Assembly: GCA_951406725.2 (NCBI GenBank)
Contig: OX597828.1
Span: 69,936,001 to 70,000,000, forward strand
Origin: Octopus vulgaris
Lineage: Eukaryota
Reading direction: 5' to 3'
Length of the DNA: 64,000 nt
The notes under the pieces: generated by a model
Databases searched by the model: none
What the model saw: the letters and a program-made list of their open reading frames with translations, nothing else
What the model was told of the DNA's origin: nothing
Made by a program: the position numbers and the translations under genes
Shown: positions 12,641 to 26,267 of the stretch, piece by piece
How positions within the stretch are numbered: position 1 is the stretch's first letter
Layout: each line of letters starts with the position of its first letter

Positions 12641-13278
12641 TATGTATATATATATATATATATGACACATAGTTAAACATAATTCATTATTCACTCGTAA
12701 AACCACAACTAAAAGTTTCATGAAGACGGCATCCCTGATGAGTAATTAATCTCATAAACCTCAGTTATTTATTTGCCATAAGCATGAACGTTTATTCTCA
12801 CCCTTCTCGTGTATTTTATCATTACACAGTGATTCTCTAATCACTAATTCAGCCTGTACAGTGAAGTCTATGAATGGCTGTGGACGTCGAATGTAAGCCA
12901 GACATGTTCAGATTTGCCTCCCTTGTTGAACGCCAACACAGAAGAACTGTTAATCACTGAAATCAACTGTTAATTGTACTTTTACTGTTAAATAGATTTA
13001 ATTAAATTTGTTTATTTCTTCTTGTATTAAATATGCTAAAACTAATTTAATTATGGCTACCCAAAAAGCCAGCCAGACAGCCAGACAGCCAGACAGCCAG
13101 ACAGTCATACAGCCAGACAGGCAGTCAGCCATTCAACCGCTTCTAATTCGGTTTCAAGGTCAACATTATATTATATGGCATTAGTCAGTTTTCTATACAA
13201 GCAGTCTTCCGCAAACCTAGTTCAGTCTTAAGCTCAACGTATAGCTATTGTGAACAGATGTGTGTGTATATGTGTGTG

Positions 13279-13326
<48 letters not shown>

Positions 13327-13455
13327 TGTGCGGGTGTATACACACACACACACACAATATATATATATATATATATATATACATATGCTTATATCTATAT
13401 AACATAAGTATATATTTATATCTCCATTTGTCTATATATAGCTATCTTTATATAT

Positions 13456-13513
<58 letters not shown>

Positions 13514-13538
13514 ATATGTATATGTATATATTTGTATG

Positions 13539-13603
<65 letters not shown>

Positions 13604-13657
13604 ATGTATATATATATGTATATATATATGTATATATATATGCATATATATGTATAC

Positions 13658-13711
<54 letters not shown>

Positions 13712-13748
13712 TATATACATATGGATGTATATACTTATAAATATATAT

Positions 13749-13978
13749 TTATTTACTACCCACAAGGGGCTAAACACAGAGGGGACAAACAAGGACAGAC
13801 AAAGGGATTAAGTCGATTACATCGATCCCAGTGCGTAACTGGTACTTAATTTATCGACCCTGAAAGGATGAAAGGCAAAGTCGACCTTGGCGGAATTTGA
13901 ACCCAGAACGTAACGGCAGAAGAAATACGGCTACGCATTTCGCCCGGCGTGCTAACGTTTCTGCCAGCTCGCCGCCTT
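13749..13978 (-). mobile_element. SINE family B monomer with TSD
   Basis: Near-consensus copy with ATACTTATAAATATAT on both sides. Confidence 0.92.
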
Positions 13979-14440
13979 TATACTTATAAATATATGTACA
14001 CAAACAGACATAAATACACATAAACGTGCACACACACAAATATGCATACATGAGTATATGTACACATAGATGTATGAATCTATGTACGCTTGTATGTATG
14101 TATGTTTAGATGTATGTATGTTGAGATGTATGTATGCACCACACCTGCAATGTAGGCAAATGTTGTACATTTGGTATCGTCCCCTACTTTCTTTCCTTTC
14201 ACCTCTCCTATTCCTTTTATTTCCTTTGTAAAGGTTAAGACCCAAAACCTTAGACCCTCGCCCATTCCTTTCATTTGCCGCTCACATTCTTTACTGAAGA
14301 CGCAGTTTCTTTATTTCTTTATTGTTTCATTTACAACACCTTTTTCCGTCACGTGTTTTACTTTCGGACTTCATAGGTTTTCGTTTGTTTACTCCTTACA
14401 TTATTACCGTGTGTGTTTTACCTACGATACATACATATGT

Positions 14441-14471
<31 letters not shown>

Positions 14472-14519
14472 TACACACATACATACAAACATACACACAC
14501 ACATATATATGTATGTATG

Positions 14520-14560
<41 letters not shown>

Positions 14561-14648
14561 TGTCCTGTACTCATATATGCGTGTATATATACATGTAGAG
14601 GTAGGTACGTACATATATGTATATATATATATGCATATGTTTTATTTA

Positions 14649-14765
<117 letters not shown>

Positions 14766-15343
14766 TGCACATATAGATAGATAGATAAATATACAAACGT
14801 ACACACACATGCACATACTCATACACACATATATGTTTATATTTAGCGAGACGTTATGGGAACGATTGAGGGTAAAAGGACAATTAGACGTGAGACTCCT
14901 CTCATCATCCTTTGAGACAAGAATCATGCAAGTTTCGGCACGCTCAAGTCCGGATGCTTTATCTCACGGAACTATTGACTTGGGTTTACCAGCGAGCATT
15001 GGCGAGATGGTGACATTAAAAAAACAAATGTTTAGTACCCAGAGAACAACGCCATACAAGTGAAACGGAAAAGATTATTGTAAAGATTATTGTAGCACAG
15101 ACGAAGGAAAATGGGGAACGAATTTGCATATTCTTCATCTTGGCTCATTTGTTCAGTGGGTGTTTCCTGTATGCCTTCGTTAAAACCATTCCTTGTTAGA
15201 ATATTGCTGAAAGAGGAAACGTTTTCATATTTGAGTATTCCTGTTAGGGAATGGGTTAGAGATTCTACTTATGCCATCTACGAGGTTCTTAATTTTGGCT
15301 CAGTGGGAGTGAATGCTTAGAATTACAACCGATGTACGTGTGT

Positions 15344-15396
<53 letters not shown>

Positions 15397-15412
15397 CGTG
15401 TGCGTGTGTGCG

Positions 15413-15448
<36 letters not shown>

Positions 15449-16635
15449 GTTTCCTCGAGTGGCTTTCTGTAGGGGGCGATGTTTCTGAGTGATCAGTTCT
15501 AAATATACTTTAACCCTTCATAGGTTGGTTCTTGGAATTTGTCTGCCAGGCATTTCCCCAATTTATGAGGTTGTCATTCATATAATAATAAACTACTGAA
15601 CCAGTTTACGGCGGCAAATTAGCAAAATTGTTGGAAATTAGCAAAATACCTCGTGGTATTTGTTTCGATTCTATAGGCTCTGAGTTTATATCCCGCTCAG
15701 ATCAACTTTGCTTTTCATCCTTTGAGATTGATAAAAAATATATACCGATCCAGAAGTGCTAAGAGATCGGACAAGGTGCCACGTGATTTCTGTTCCGGCT
15801 TTGTGCATTCCCAGTGTAAATTCAAAATCCCACCTTGTTACCGAAACAGTGACACGTCTATCGGAAATTGATCGACAGACAGGATTAGCACTTTAAAAAA
15901 ACGGGCACATAGAAGATCGAATTACCACCATCGCTAAAACCATCATTTCTGTGCAGTTCAGAGTCAAGACTCAGTGTATGTTCGTTGAAGCCGTCTAACA
16001 TAAAAAGGTTCAGAACTTCGTCAATTTCCGCTCGATTGTATCTTTCCACGAAAATGTCGATTGCACTGGAGAGTACCCATTTTTTCATCCCTGTCGAAGT
16101 CCTTGAGCGTCTTCCCGTTGGCCGTTATCTTCCAAGTATTCGTGTCGCTTTAGCTGAATTCCTGGAATTTCAAAACAAGAGGTTTAGATACACATGAAGA
16201 AAAGACTGCTAATATATCGAACTGGGTAAATCACAACGTTCTTTGTTATCTTTAGCGACAAACCTGTTGATAAGGATGGCTCTGAAATCCCACCGTACTA
16301 ATCGCATGGTATTTCTTATCTAAAGTGTAACCACGACCAATGAACGTATGGTAACTAAACCAAATAGTGTTTAGAAGTGGCGTATGTTATTATACTAAAA
16401 TTGGAACGGGATAGAAAATGGCTTTCGTGGCTTTCAATATTAATCTAAAGGATATACATGTCCAGGCGTTACATGCTGTCGGCTGTTTTTAACTGGTGGA
16501 TTACTGTGCCTGCTTTTTTTGTCTCTCTCTCTTTCTCTCATTTACCTTCATTCAGTTTGTCCATGTGTATACATATGTATACGTGTGTATGTGTGTACGT
16601 ATAGACACACACGCATACATATATATATATATATA

Positions 16636-16745
<110 letters not shown>

Positions 16746-16754
16746 TATATATAT

Positions 16755-16817
<63 letters not shown>

Positions 16818-16932
16818 TAAATTCAGGGTGAATACTTGATAAATGTAAGCACTTGTATATGCCATCTAGTAGCATAGGTGAGAGGATATATGTATCAAAT
16901 GAAATAAATGAAAAACACGACACAAAGAATGT

Positions 16933-17027
16933 TGCGGTACATATGTTTCGAGCTTTATAGAACAACTTATTCTTACATCAATGCATAATCGACATAACAG
17001 ATAGTTCAAAAGCCCTCTTCAGCCACA
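16933..17027 (-). ncRNA. Type I hammerhead ribozyme, canonical core
   Basis: Inverted copy of 17375-17469 with the same core. Confidence 0.8.
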
Positions 17028-17374
17028 TGCAATTGCTATACCAAAGACTTGTATCACATTGTGGTGAAAGGTTTGAGAAAAAACATTTGGTATTGTTTAT
17101 AAAGGTAGGTAAAACGAGTATCACTGGGAAAGTATGTTTGTAAATCTTCATAGGCGTACATGGCATTATTAGACTCAGTATTCAGTCTATATTGAGTGAG
17201 AAAACGGCATAGACGATTTGTTTTGGAGTCTAATAATACCATGTACGCCTATGAAGATTGACAAACATACTTTCCCAGTGATACTCGTTTTACCTACCAT
17301 AATAAACAATACCAAATGTTTTTTCTCAAACCTTTCACCACAATGTGATACAAGTCTTTGGTATAGCAATTGTA

Positions 17375-17469
17375 TGTGGCTGAAGAGGGCTTTTGAACTA
17401 TCTGTTATGTCGATTATGCATTGATGTAAGAATAAATTGTTCTATAAAGCTCGAAACATATGTACCGCA
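17375..17469 (+). ncRNA. Type I hammerhead ribozyme, canonical core
   Basis: tgtgg CTGAAGA GGGCTTT..AAAGCTC GAAA catat GTA ccgca. Stem I 5 bp, stem II 7 bp, palindromic stem III ACATATGT, GUA at 17462-17464. Confidence 0.8.
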
Positions 17470-17554
17470 ACATCCTTTGTGTCGTGTTTTTCATTTATTT
17501 CATTTGATACATATATATATGTATATATGTATATATATACATATATATACATAA

Positions 17555-18050
17555 ATAGCTATGTGGAAAGAAGCTTGCTTCCTAGCCACATGGTTCCGGG
17601 TTCACCCCACTACATGACACCTTGGGCAACTGTCTTCTACTGTAGCCTTGGGCCGACCAAAGCCTTGTGAATGGACTTGGTAGACTGAAACTGAAAGAAT
17701 CCCGTCGTGTATGTGTGTGTGTGCATATATACACACATACATACATACATACATACATACATACATACATACATACATACATACATACATACATACATGC
17801 ATACATACATACATATATGTGTATGTGTGTGTGTGTATCTGATGTATGCGTATCTTTCTGTCTATTTTAGTCCCCACCAGTACCGCTTGACAATTGTTGT
17901 TGGTGTATTTGCATCCCCGTAACTTTGCGGCTCAGCAAAAGGGACCGATAGAATAAGTACCAGGTTTAAAAAAGAAGAGCTGGGGTCGATTCATTCGACT
18001 AAAAATGGCCGCAGTCTAATAACTGAAACGAGTAAAAGATAAAAAGAAAA
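17555..18050 (+). mobile_element. SINE family A with expanded internal (CATA)n
   Basis: Head, core and tail are all recognisable. Confidence 0.88.
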
Positions 18051-18440
18051 GCTGTGCGCGCGCACGTGTATGTGTTGTGTGTGCGCGCGTATATATATTT
18101 ATGTATATACACACGCACACACATAAACACTCACACACACACATGCATACATTCGTAAATGTTTTAATACAAGAGCTGCGATAAAGGAGTCAATGACGGA
18201 ACCTTTGTGTGGTTGTTGTGAGCTGCTAGAAATGGCAACTAATTCTCTTGTTAATCTTTAGATAAAACTGTCACATTGGACAATATAGTCCTAGCACTAC
18301 GTAAAGACTAGATAGTCATGACTGGAATGACTTTCATCGAAGAAATACTCAGTGAAAGACTAGACAACAATAGACACAAAGAAAATAGACAATTTCACAA
18401 TGAATGTTGTGTACATGTTGAATGGAAAAAAGCACTCCTA

Positions 18441-18617
18441 CAGATTAAAGGAATACGTCACAGATTAAAGGAATACATCACAGATTAAAGGAATACATCA
18501 CAGATTAAAGGAATACATCACAGATTAAAGGAATACATCACAGATTAAAGGAATACGTAACAGATTAAAGGAATACATCACAGATTAAAGGAATACGTAA
18601 CAGATTAAAGGAATACA
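18441..18617. repeat. 20-bp minisatellite CAGATTAAAGGAATAC(A/G)T(C/A)A, about 9 copies
   Basis: Direct reading; contiguous units with no spacers. Confidence 0.97.
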
Positions 18618-19054
18618 GTGACGTTTAATGTATTCTTTGGATAGTTACCCCTACGCGATCTGGGAATAAGAAATTCCCACTTTTTATTAAAAAAGACAGA
18701 ATGTAATGCCTCATTTGCCAAGAAGTAGAGGCCGTAGAAAGACCCAGACTTATGACGTAAGCCATATCATTTCCAATTAGGAGAGAATGTCGGCGAAATA
18801 TCATCTTCTTGAGAGAGAAGATGGCTGGCAGAGAAATAAGTAATAATGATGAAGATATTGAGACCGATGGAAGGAAGAAATATTGGTTGAACTTAAACAT
18901 GGTGGTGGGTGGGTGGTGGGTGGGGGAAACAGCAATAAACTTTTAAATGAAAGCGACCAAATGTTGTTGGTTGGAACTAGGAAATAAAAATTTTTAGAAA
19001 CCTGTTTTGTGAATTACAATCAGAAAGATTGAAGCAAGTAATACGTGTGTCTAC

Positions 19055-19562
19055 ATGCATACATGTTTGCATACATACATACATACATACATACATACAT
19101 ACATACATACATACATACATACATACATACATACATGCATGCATACATGCATACATGCATACATACATACACACATACATACATACATGCATGCATACAT
19201 GCATACACACATACATACATATATATACACACATACATACATACATACATACATGCATACATACATACATACATACATGCATACATGCATACATACATAC
19301 ACACATACATACATATATATACACACATACATACATACACACATACATACATACATACATGCATACATACATACATACATACATACATACATACATACAC
19401 ACATACATACATACATGCATGCATACATGCATACACACATACATACATATATATACACACATACATACATACATACATACATACATGCATGCATACATAC
19501 ATACATACATACATACATACATACATACATACATACATACATACATACATACATACATACAT
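19055..19562. repeat. (CATA)n compound microsatellite
   Basis: Direct reading. Confidence 0.98.
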
Positions 19563-19878
19563 CTTAGCGTCGAATACAGACGTGTTGGTATAGATGACCA
19601 TTCATTCTCACGGATAATGAAAATGATCGCCTATAACTCTTGCCACTAATACGGACCTGATGAAAAGAAAATGTTTATCTTCTTTCAGTAAATGCGAAGA
19701 AACAAACTTTTTGTAGAAAGATCGTAGCTGTAATCAGACAGTGAAATATATAGCACATAGTAAATTACTCTACACACACCTTGACGACGAAAGAACCAGG
19801 ACGCGGCTAGCGAAGATCTATCGACGAACTATCGAAAAAAGTTCCAGAGGGCTTTCGAAATGAACCAAAACCTATACC

Positions 19879-20480
19879 TATTTCTTTACTACCCACAAGG
19901 GGCTAAACACAGAGGTAACAAACAAGGACAAACAAACGGATTAAGTCGATTACATCGACACCAGTGCGTAACTGCTACTTAATTTATCGACCCCGAAAGG
20001 ATGAAAAGCAAAGTCGACCTCGGCGGAATTTGAACTCAGAACGTAGCGGCAGACGAAATACGTATTTCTTTACTACCCAAAAGGGGCTAAACACAGAGTT
20101 AACAAACAAGGATAGACAAGCGGATTAAGTCGATTACATCGACCCCAGTGCGTAACTGCTACTTAATTTATCGACCCCGAAAGGATGAAAGGTAAAGTCG
20201 ACCTCGGCGGAATTTCAACTCAGAACGTAACGGCAGACGAAATACCTATTTCTTTACTACTCACAAGGGGCTAAACACAGAGGTAACAAACTAGGACAGA
20301 CAAACGGATTAAGTCGATTATATCGACCCCAGTGCGTAACTGGTACTTAATTTATCGACCCCGAAAGGATGAAAAGTAAAGTCGACCTCGGCGGAATTTC
20401 AACTCAGAACGTAACGGCAGACGAAATACAGCTACGCATTTCGCCCGGCGTGTTAACGTTTCTGCCAGCTCGCCGCCTTT
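19879..20480 (-). mobile_element. SINE family B trimer (one head plus three about 184-bp bodies) inside one TSD
   Basis: Junctions GACGAAATAC(C/G)TATTTC at about 20061 and 20245. TSD TGAACYAAAACCTATACC at 19861-19878 and 20481-20498. Confidence 0.92.
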
Positions 20481-21081
20481 TGAACTAAAACCTATACCAG
20501 TTCTACAGAAGGGTTAAGGAAGATCCTTCAACAGGCTGCATGAAAAAGCTCGAAGTGTATTGCGATGAGAAACTCGACATTCTCAAATATTTTAGAAAGA
20601 ACAATTGCGTCATACACACGTATGTTTGTGTGTGTGTGTGTTTGCGTGTATGTGAGTGTGTGTGGTATGTGAGTGTGTGTATGTGTGCTTTTGTGTGTGT
20701 GGGTGGGTGTTTGTGTATGTGTGTGTTTGTGTGCGTGTTTGCGTCTGCGCGTACGTGCGTACAGGTATCAAGTACGATATTTCTAATGGTAAGAAATTGT
20801 GTTAAATTTTGGCGTATTTCCGAGGAGACGATTTCATTACTCGCTTTTTCGCGTGAAGGACTCGCTGGAGATCTTCAACACACTTCGGTCAATATTACTT
20901 TCCAATAAAAAAGAAGAAACAAGTATTTAAAGACTTTTATATTTCTTTTTTATGTTAGAAACATCTGCGACGTCTTAACCCACCACACACACACACCACC
21001 ACCACCATCACCACCACACAATTGTAATCCAAGGACAACAAGTCAGTACATGTCCTTCTAAACAGAAGCATATCTTTGTCC

Positions 21082-21579
21082 GTATGTATGTATGTATGTA
21101 TGTATATATGCATGTATGTATGTATGTATGTATGTATGTATGTATGTATGTATGTATGTATGTATGTATGTATGTATGTGTGTATGTATGTATGTATGTA
21201 TGTATGTATGTATGTATGTATATATGCATGTATGTATGTATGTGTGTATGTATGTATGTATGTATGTGTGTATGTATGTATGTATGTATGTATGTATGCA
21301 TGTATGTATGTATGAATGTGTGTATGTATGTATGTATGTACGTGTGTATGTATGTATGTATGTATGTATATATGTATGCATGCATGTATGTATATATGTA
21401 TGTATGTATGTATGTAGGTGTGTATGTATGTATGTATGTATGTATGCATGCATGTATGTATGCATGTATGTATGTATGTATGATGTATGTATGCATGTAT
21501 GTATGTATGTATGTATGTAATGTATGTATGTATGCATGTATGTATGTATGTATGTAATGTATGTATGTATGTATTTTTG

Positions 21580-21610
<31 letters not shown>

Positions 21611-21635
21611 TGTATGTAGGTGGGTATGTATGTAT
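21082..21635. repeat. (GTAT)n compound microsatellite
   Basis: Direct reading. Confidence 0.98.
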
Positions 21636-21650
21636 GCACACACACATATA

Positions 21651-22010
21651 TAGGGTGCGACGAGTAAATTGTCAGCATTTTATATTCTCAATTTCGCGCA
21701 TGTGAATTGTTCATTTTTGAGGACATGTACTGAGAGTGATAAAAATCAAACATCCAGTCAACTTCATGGTGTTTGGAGTGATCGCTAGCGATGGCGACCT
21801 TATCCCTCCATTCATCTCCCCACGCAGCCTCAAACTAAATACGGAGGCCTACATCAAGTGCCTGGAGTGGGTAGTGTTGCCCTAGGTCAAGAGAGTGGCT
21901 GCTGGAAGACCCTATGCTTGGCCACAGGACCCTGCACCATACCATACAAGCACGAGCACCCAGTCATGGCTGTTAAACAATTTCTGCGACCCATCACCTC
22001 TAACATCTGG
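21651..22010 (+). mobile_element. Internally deleted maT/DD37D-like Tc1/mariner fragment
   Basis: From 21733 it reads RVIKIKHPVNFMVFGVIASDGDLIPPFI..LKLNTEAYIKCLEWVVLP*VKRVAAGRPYAWPQDPAPYHTSTSTQSWL. Probable left end TA|TAGGGTGCGACG. Confidence 0.8.
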
Positions 22011-22125
22011 TAAATATATCTGTTAAAATGAGATGTCAGTGTTATTTTCATTTTAGCGTAATTTAGATTCGGCTCCATGGCGCTTTAAGTTTCGTGGACG
22101 CATAGAACTGAATAAAACTATAATT

Positions 22126-22888
22126 CTTTTCTACTCTAGGCACGAGGCCCGAAATTTGGGGGGATGGGCCAGTCGATTAGATCGACCCCAGTACGCAACT
22201 GGTACTTAATTTATCGACCCCGAAAGGATGAAAGGCACAGTCGACCTTGGTGGAATTTGAACTTAGAACCTGAGGACAGACGAAATACCTATTTCTTTAC
22301 TACCCACAAGGGGCTACACACAGAGGGGACAAACAAGGACAGACAAACGGATTAAGTCAAATATATCGACCTCAGTGCGTAACTGGTACTTAATTTATCG
22401 ACTCCGAAAGGATGAAAGGTAAAGTCGACCTCGGCAGAATTTGAACTCAGTACGTAAAGACAGACGAAATACCTATTTCTTTAATCCCCACAAGGGGCTA
22501 AACACAGAGGGGACAAACAAGGACAGACATAGGTATTAAGTCGATTACATCGACCCCAGTGCGTAACTGGTACTTAATTTATCGACCCCGAAAGGATGAA
22601 AGGCAAAGTCGACCTCGGCGGAATTTGAACTCACAACGTAACGCAGACGAAATACGTATTTCTTTATTACCCACAAGGGGCTAAACACAGAGAGGACAAA
22701 CAAGGACAGACAAACGGATTAAGTCGATTATATCGACCTCAGTGCGTAACTTGTACTTAATTTATCGACTCCGAAAGGATGAAAGGCAAAGTTGACCTCG
22801 GCGGAATTTGAACTCAGTACGTAACGGCAGACGAAATACCGCTAAGCATTTCGTCCGGCGTGCTAACGTTTCTGCCAGCTCGACGCCT
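22126..22888 (-). mobile_element. SINE family B tetramer inside one TSD; the terminal unit has a different tail
   Basis: Junctions at about 22288, 22472 and 22655. TSD TGAATAAAACTATWATT at 22109-22125 and 22889-22905. The tail at 22126-22170 matches the 42680 copy type. Confidence 0.92.
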
Positions 22889-22972
22889 TGAATAAAACTA
22901 TTATTAAATAATTTATGTAACCCCTTCGAAATACGTTGAGTGCCGCTTTCTTTCGTTTGTTCACTAGTATAT

Positions 22973-23025
<53 letters not shown>

Positions 23026-23304
23026 TGTGTGTATGCATAAAAGCGTTGGTATAACCATGATTTTCTGGTGATCGAATGGGTTAAGTTTCGATACCCACAC
23101 TGATTTGTGAATACACTATTGTATCGTATGATGCGTGGCAGGCATATTAGTACAGAGATGTACAATGATTTATTATACACTGAAATTATTATTACATGAT
23201 GAAGCCTGCGAAACAGCTGTAAGCCTAAGGATGACAAGGGGGTTAAATAAATATATTACTCTCCCGTACCTCCTGACTTTTTATGGGTTATACATATATA
23301 TTTT

Positions 23305-23486
23305 TTTCTTTCCTTTTTTTCTCTCTTTTTTCTCTCTCCTTGTTTCTTTCTGTGTTCCTTTCTGTAGAAGAGCGTAGGCTCGAAACGTAAAAGACTTTTT
23401 CTATTCCTGAGCGTTATACTAATACATCTGTTTGTTTTGCACACCACCTGTCTTCGTCTTTTGTTTTTTTCGTGAACTCTCCCTAT
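23305..23486 (+). mobile_element. PLE pLTR-like fragment with minimal HHR-like motif (23358-23393)
   Basis: cttt CTGTAGA A GAGC gtag GCTC GAAAC GTA aaag. TA-rich flanks. A second copy lies at 31380-31510 on the minus strand. Confidence 0.7.
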
Positions 23487-23505
23487 ATATATACACACAC
23501 ACACT

Positions 23506-23569
<64 letters not shown>

Positions 23570-23858
23570 AATTAATGTATGTGTGTGTAGACAAGAGAAA
23601 ACAGCCAGCACTGATCTGAATTTACTACGTGATATGTAAAATTCTAGGTAGCGACAGATTTTCAAACGAATGAAAGTGCACACACACACACACACACGAG
23701 TGCGCGTGGCATGCATTCACACATCCACACAACACATGTTCCAGTGCGTATGTATACTTACATGTTCATATGAATGCACTATTATGCTCAAAGCCGCAGG
23801 CGCACTCGAGCAATCGGGACTGACGCTTTACTCAAAAGTACAAAGAGACAAACGGGCG

Positions 23859-23891
<33 letters not shown>

Positions 23892-25313
23892 GCATACATA
23901 TGATAGGAAGGCAGCCACACAGACAGACAGCGCTGATGTAACATATGTGTAATAATTGTTTAGACGGAAGTTGAATGAGTTGCAATGCTGAATGAAACGA
24001 GATCGATACCACCTGTTACCTTTAGGTTAATTCATACATCGCAAATGGTTGTTGTTGTTGGTGGTGGTGATTGTGGTGTCGGCGGTTGATGGTGAGTGTG
24101 ATAGTGGTGGTGGTTGTGATGGTGGTGGTTGTGATGGTGGTGGTTGTGATGGTGGTGGTTGTGATGGTGGTGGTTGCATTGGTGGTAGTAGTTGTGGTGG
24201 TGGTGGTGGTAATTGTGGTGAGTATATAGATTGTGCTAATAATGGTGGTGGTGGTGGTGATAGTCGTGGAGGTGGTAGCGGTGTGGAGATGAGGAGCATC
24301 GTAATGGTGTATGTTGGTAACTATTACTTTTCAATCCTGTTCGAGTTGACCTCTATGACCAAGTGTCTTCCTGACGTGACCAGCCAGTCTTGTATCTTTT
24401 CAGCCAGGATATATCTTGGGTTCTATCCCTGAATGTGTCCTTTTTCTTTTTAAAGAAAAGCACATGGTTAAGTGCGATTTTACGGAGATGTGGTTACTAT
24501 TTTTTGCAAGTCGAGTAGCAACGTGGAAACTTCCTCCTGGTTTTGGACTCTTCCTTGATTTAACAGCCTGTAACCCTTAAAGAGTAGCCGTAATTTCTAA
24601 AATATCATGTTTGAAAAAAAATCGTGCGCGTGACAAGAAACTGTCTCGTAGAGGGGGGTCTCCCATTAACGAATAATAATGTAATAAACGAGAAGAATTC
24701 GAGAAGATTAGTAATGATTGGTTCCGGCAGAAAATGGTTTCTATCAGTAATCAAAGATGCCGAGGAAGAAATAGACGTTTTGCTCGAAGCATTAATAAGT
24801 TAACTAAATAATAAAGTGGTGTAATGGGTCGAGAAATTTTTACCATATGAAAATTACAGCTTTGGTTATGAGAATAATCATTATGTAAATGACTAATTTC
24901 TGATAAAAACATAATAAGCATCACGCTTCACTGTTACAATATGGGTCAGTCGGTGAGTAGAGTTAACGATACTTGGTGTGATCGGGTAGTGCATAAGAGA
25001 ATACCTCTCTCCCTTTCTTCGGACAGTCACGATTGTGAATATTAAAGCTGTTATATTTTTAGTTATTGATTAGGATTAATTAATGAATTATTTCAAATAG
25101 TATGTCTCCTAAATTCCTGTCAGACAGACATATCTCCTCTCACCTAATTCAACCACAACATTCATGACATACATTTAAAATCGATATTATAGATATCAGC
25201 TTTTTTCGCTAATGTAAGAAACATACTTTTATACTGTGTGGTTGTTTATACTTTTCATGTTTTGTGAAAATATTGCTGTATACATCGTGAGTTTATGGTA
25301 TTTATATATTCTA

Positions 25314-25684
25314 AGGAGCAGGAGCGGCTGTGTGGTAAGTAGCTTGCTTACCAACCACATGGCTCTGGGTTCAGTCTCACTGCGTGGCACCTTGAGCAGG
25401 TGTCATACTATAGCCTCGGGTCGACCAAAGCCTCGTTCGTGGATTTGGTAGACGGAAACTGAAAGAAACCCGTCATATGTGTGTGTTTGTCCAGCATCCC
25501 CAACCATCGCTTGACAACCGATGCTGGTGTGTTTACGTCTCTGTAAATTTGCGGTTTGGCAAAAGGGACCGATAGAATAAGTACTAGACTTACAAAGAAT
25601 AAGTCCTGGGGTCGATTTGTTCGACTAATGGCGGTGCTCCAGCATGGCCGCAGTCAAATAAAAGACTAAAAGAATAAAAGAATA
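25314..25684 (+). mobile_element. SINE family A, full length
   Basis: A-box-like GGCTGTGTGGT, B-box-like GGGTTCAGTC, CCTTGAGCAGG core, and tail GCGGTGCTCCAGCATGGCCGCAG..(TAAAAGAA)n. Confidence 0.92.
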
Positions 25685-25860
25685 AGGCGGTGAGGTGGCA
25701 GAATCGTTAGCACGCCGGACAAAATGCCTAGTGGTATTTCGTCCGTTTTAACGTTCTGAGTACAAATGCTGCCGGTGTCGACTTTGCTTTTATTCTTTCT
25801 GGGTGGATAAAATAAAGACCGGTTGAGCAATGAGGTCGATGTAAAAGACTAAGCTCCTTC
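25685..25860 (+). mobile_element. SINE family B, older copy abutting the family A tail
   Basis: GGCGGTGAGGTGGCAGAATCGTTAGCACGCCGG..GTCGACTTTGC. Confidence 0.8.
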
Positions 25861-25911
25861 CCTCAAAGTAGAAAGGAATGTAATAGATTTTATTTTGTGC
25901 CTGCTGTCAGT

Positions 25912-25995
<84 letters not shown>

Positions 25996-26267
25996 GAACG
26001 AGACAGTTTCTTGCCAGGTGCACGATTTCACCATTATTTACACAATTGCTCAGGTATCTACAGTCAAATGGACACCAATATTGTCCTCCGTTCTACACAT
26101 GATAACTCACACACATAAACGATAAACACAGCAACTGTGTGTAGCTTCAATGTACAGTTGTTTTTGTTTTTATCTTTAAAGACGACCATCATTTTTATTT
26201 TTTAGCCAAGAAGGAAAGCAGAGCCAATAAGCCTTTTATGCGAGCATTGAAAGTGGTGGAAGATGAG

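Larger units (their letters stand above)
16815..17516. mobile_element. Fold-back PLE pseudo-LTR element between (TA)n tracts
   Basis: Near-identical inverted arms 16886-17176 and 17226-17516 (about 291 bp), a 49-bp spacer, and a single-copy tail at 16815-16885. Each arm carries an HHR. Confidence 0.85.

Noticed and set aside
12735-12770. CTGATGAG-TAATTAAT-CTC hammerhead-like motif
   Set aside because: The GAAA core is replaced by ATAAA and stem I is not evident; at best a very decayed copy.
14836-15063. Possible plus-strand exon ([13 protein letters not shown]..)
   Set aside because: Weak acceptor, no recognisable domain, no supporting neighbouring exon.
18185-18345. Dispersed repeat with GCTAGAAAT.GCA.C motif (similar inverse at about 24480, 31820 and 63310)
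   Set aside because: Too degenerate to delimit or classify by eye.
18441-18617. CRISPR-like regular repeat
   Set aside because: Contiguous 20-bp units with no unique spacers, no cas genes and a eukaryotic context.
24049-24432. Gly/Cys-rich secreted-looking ORF (GGGCD repeats)
   Set aside because: Derived from (GGT)n/(GTT)n simple repeats; no splice or homology support.
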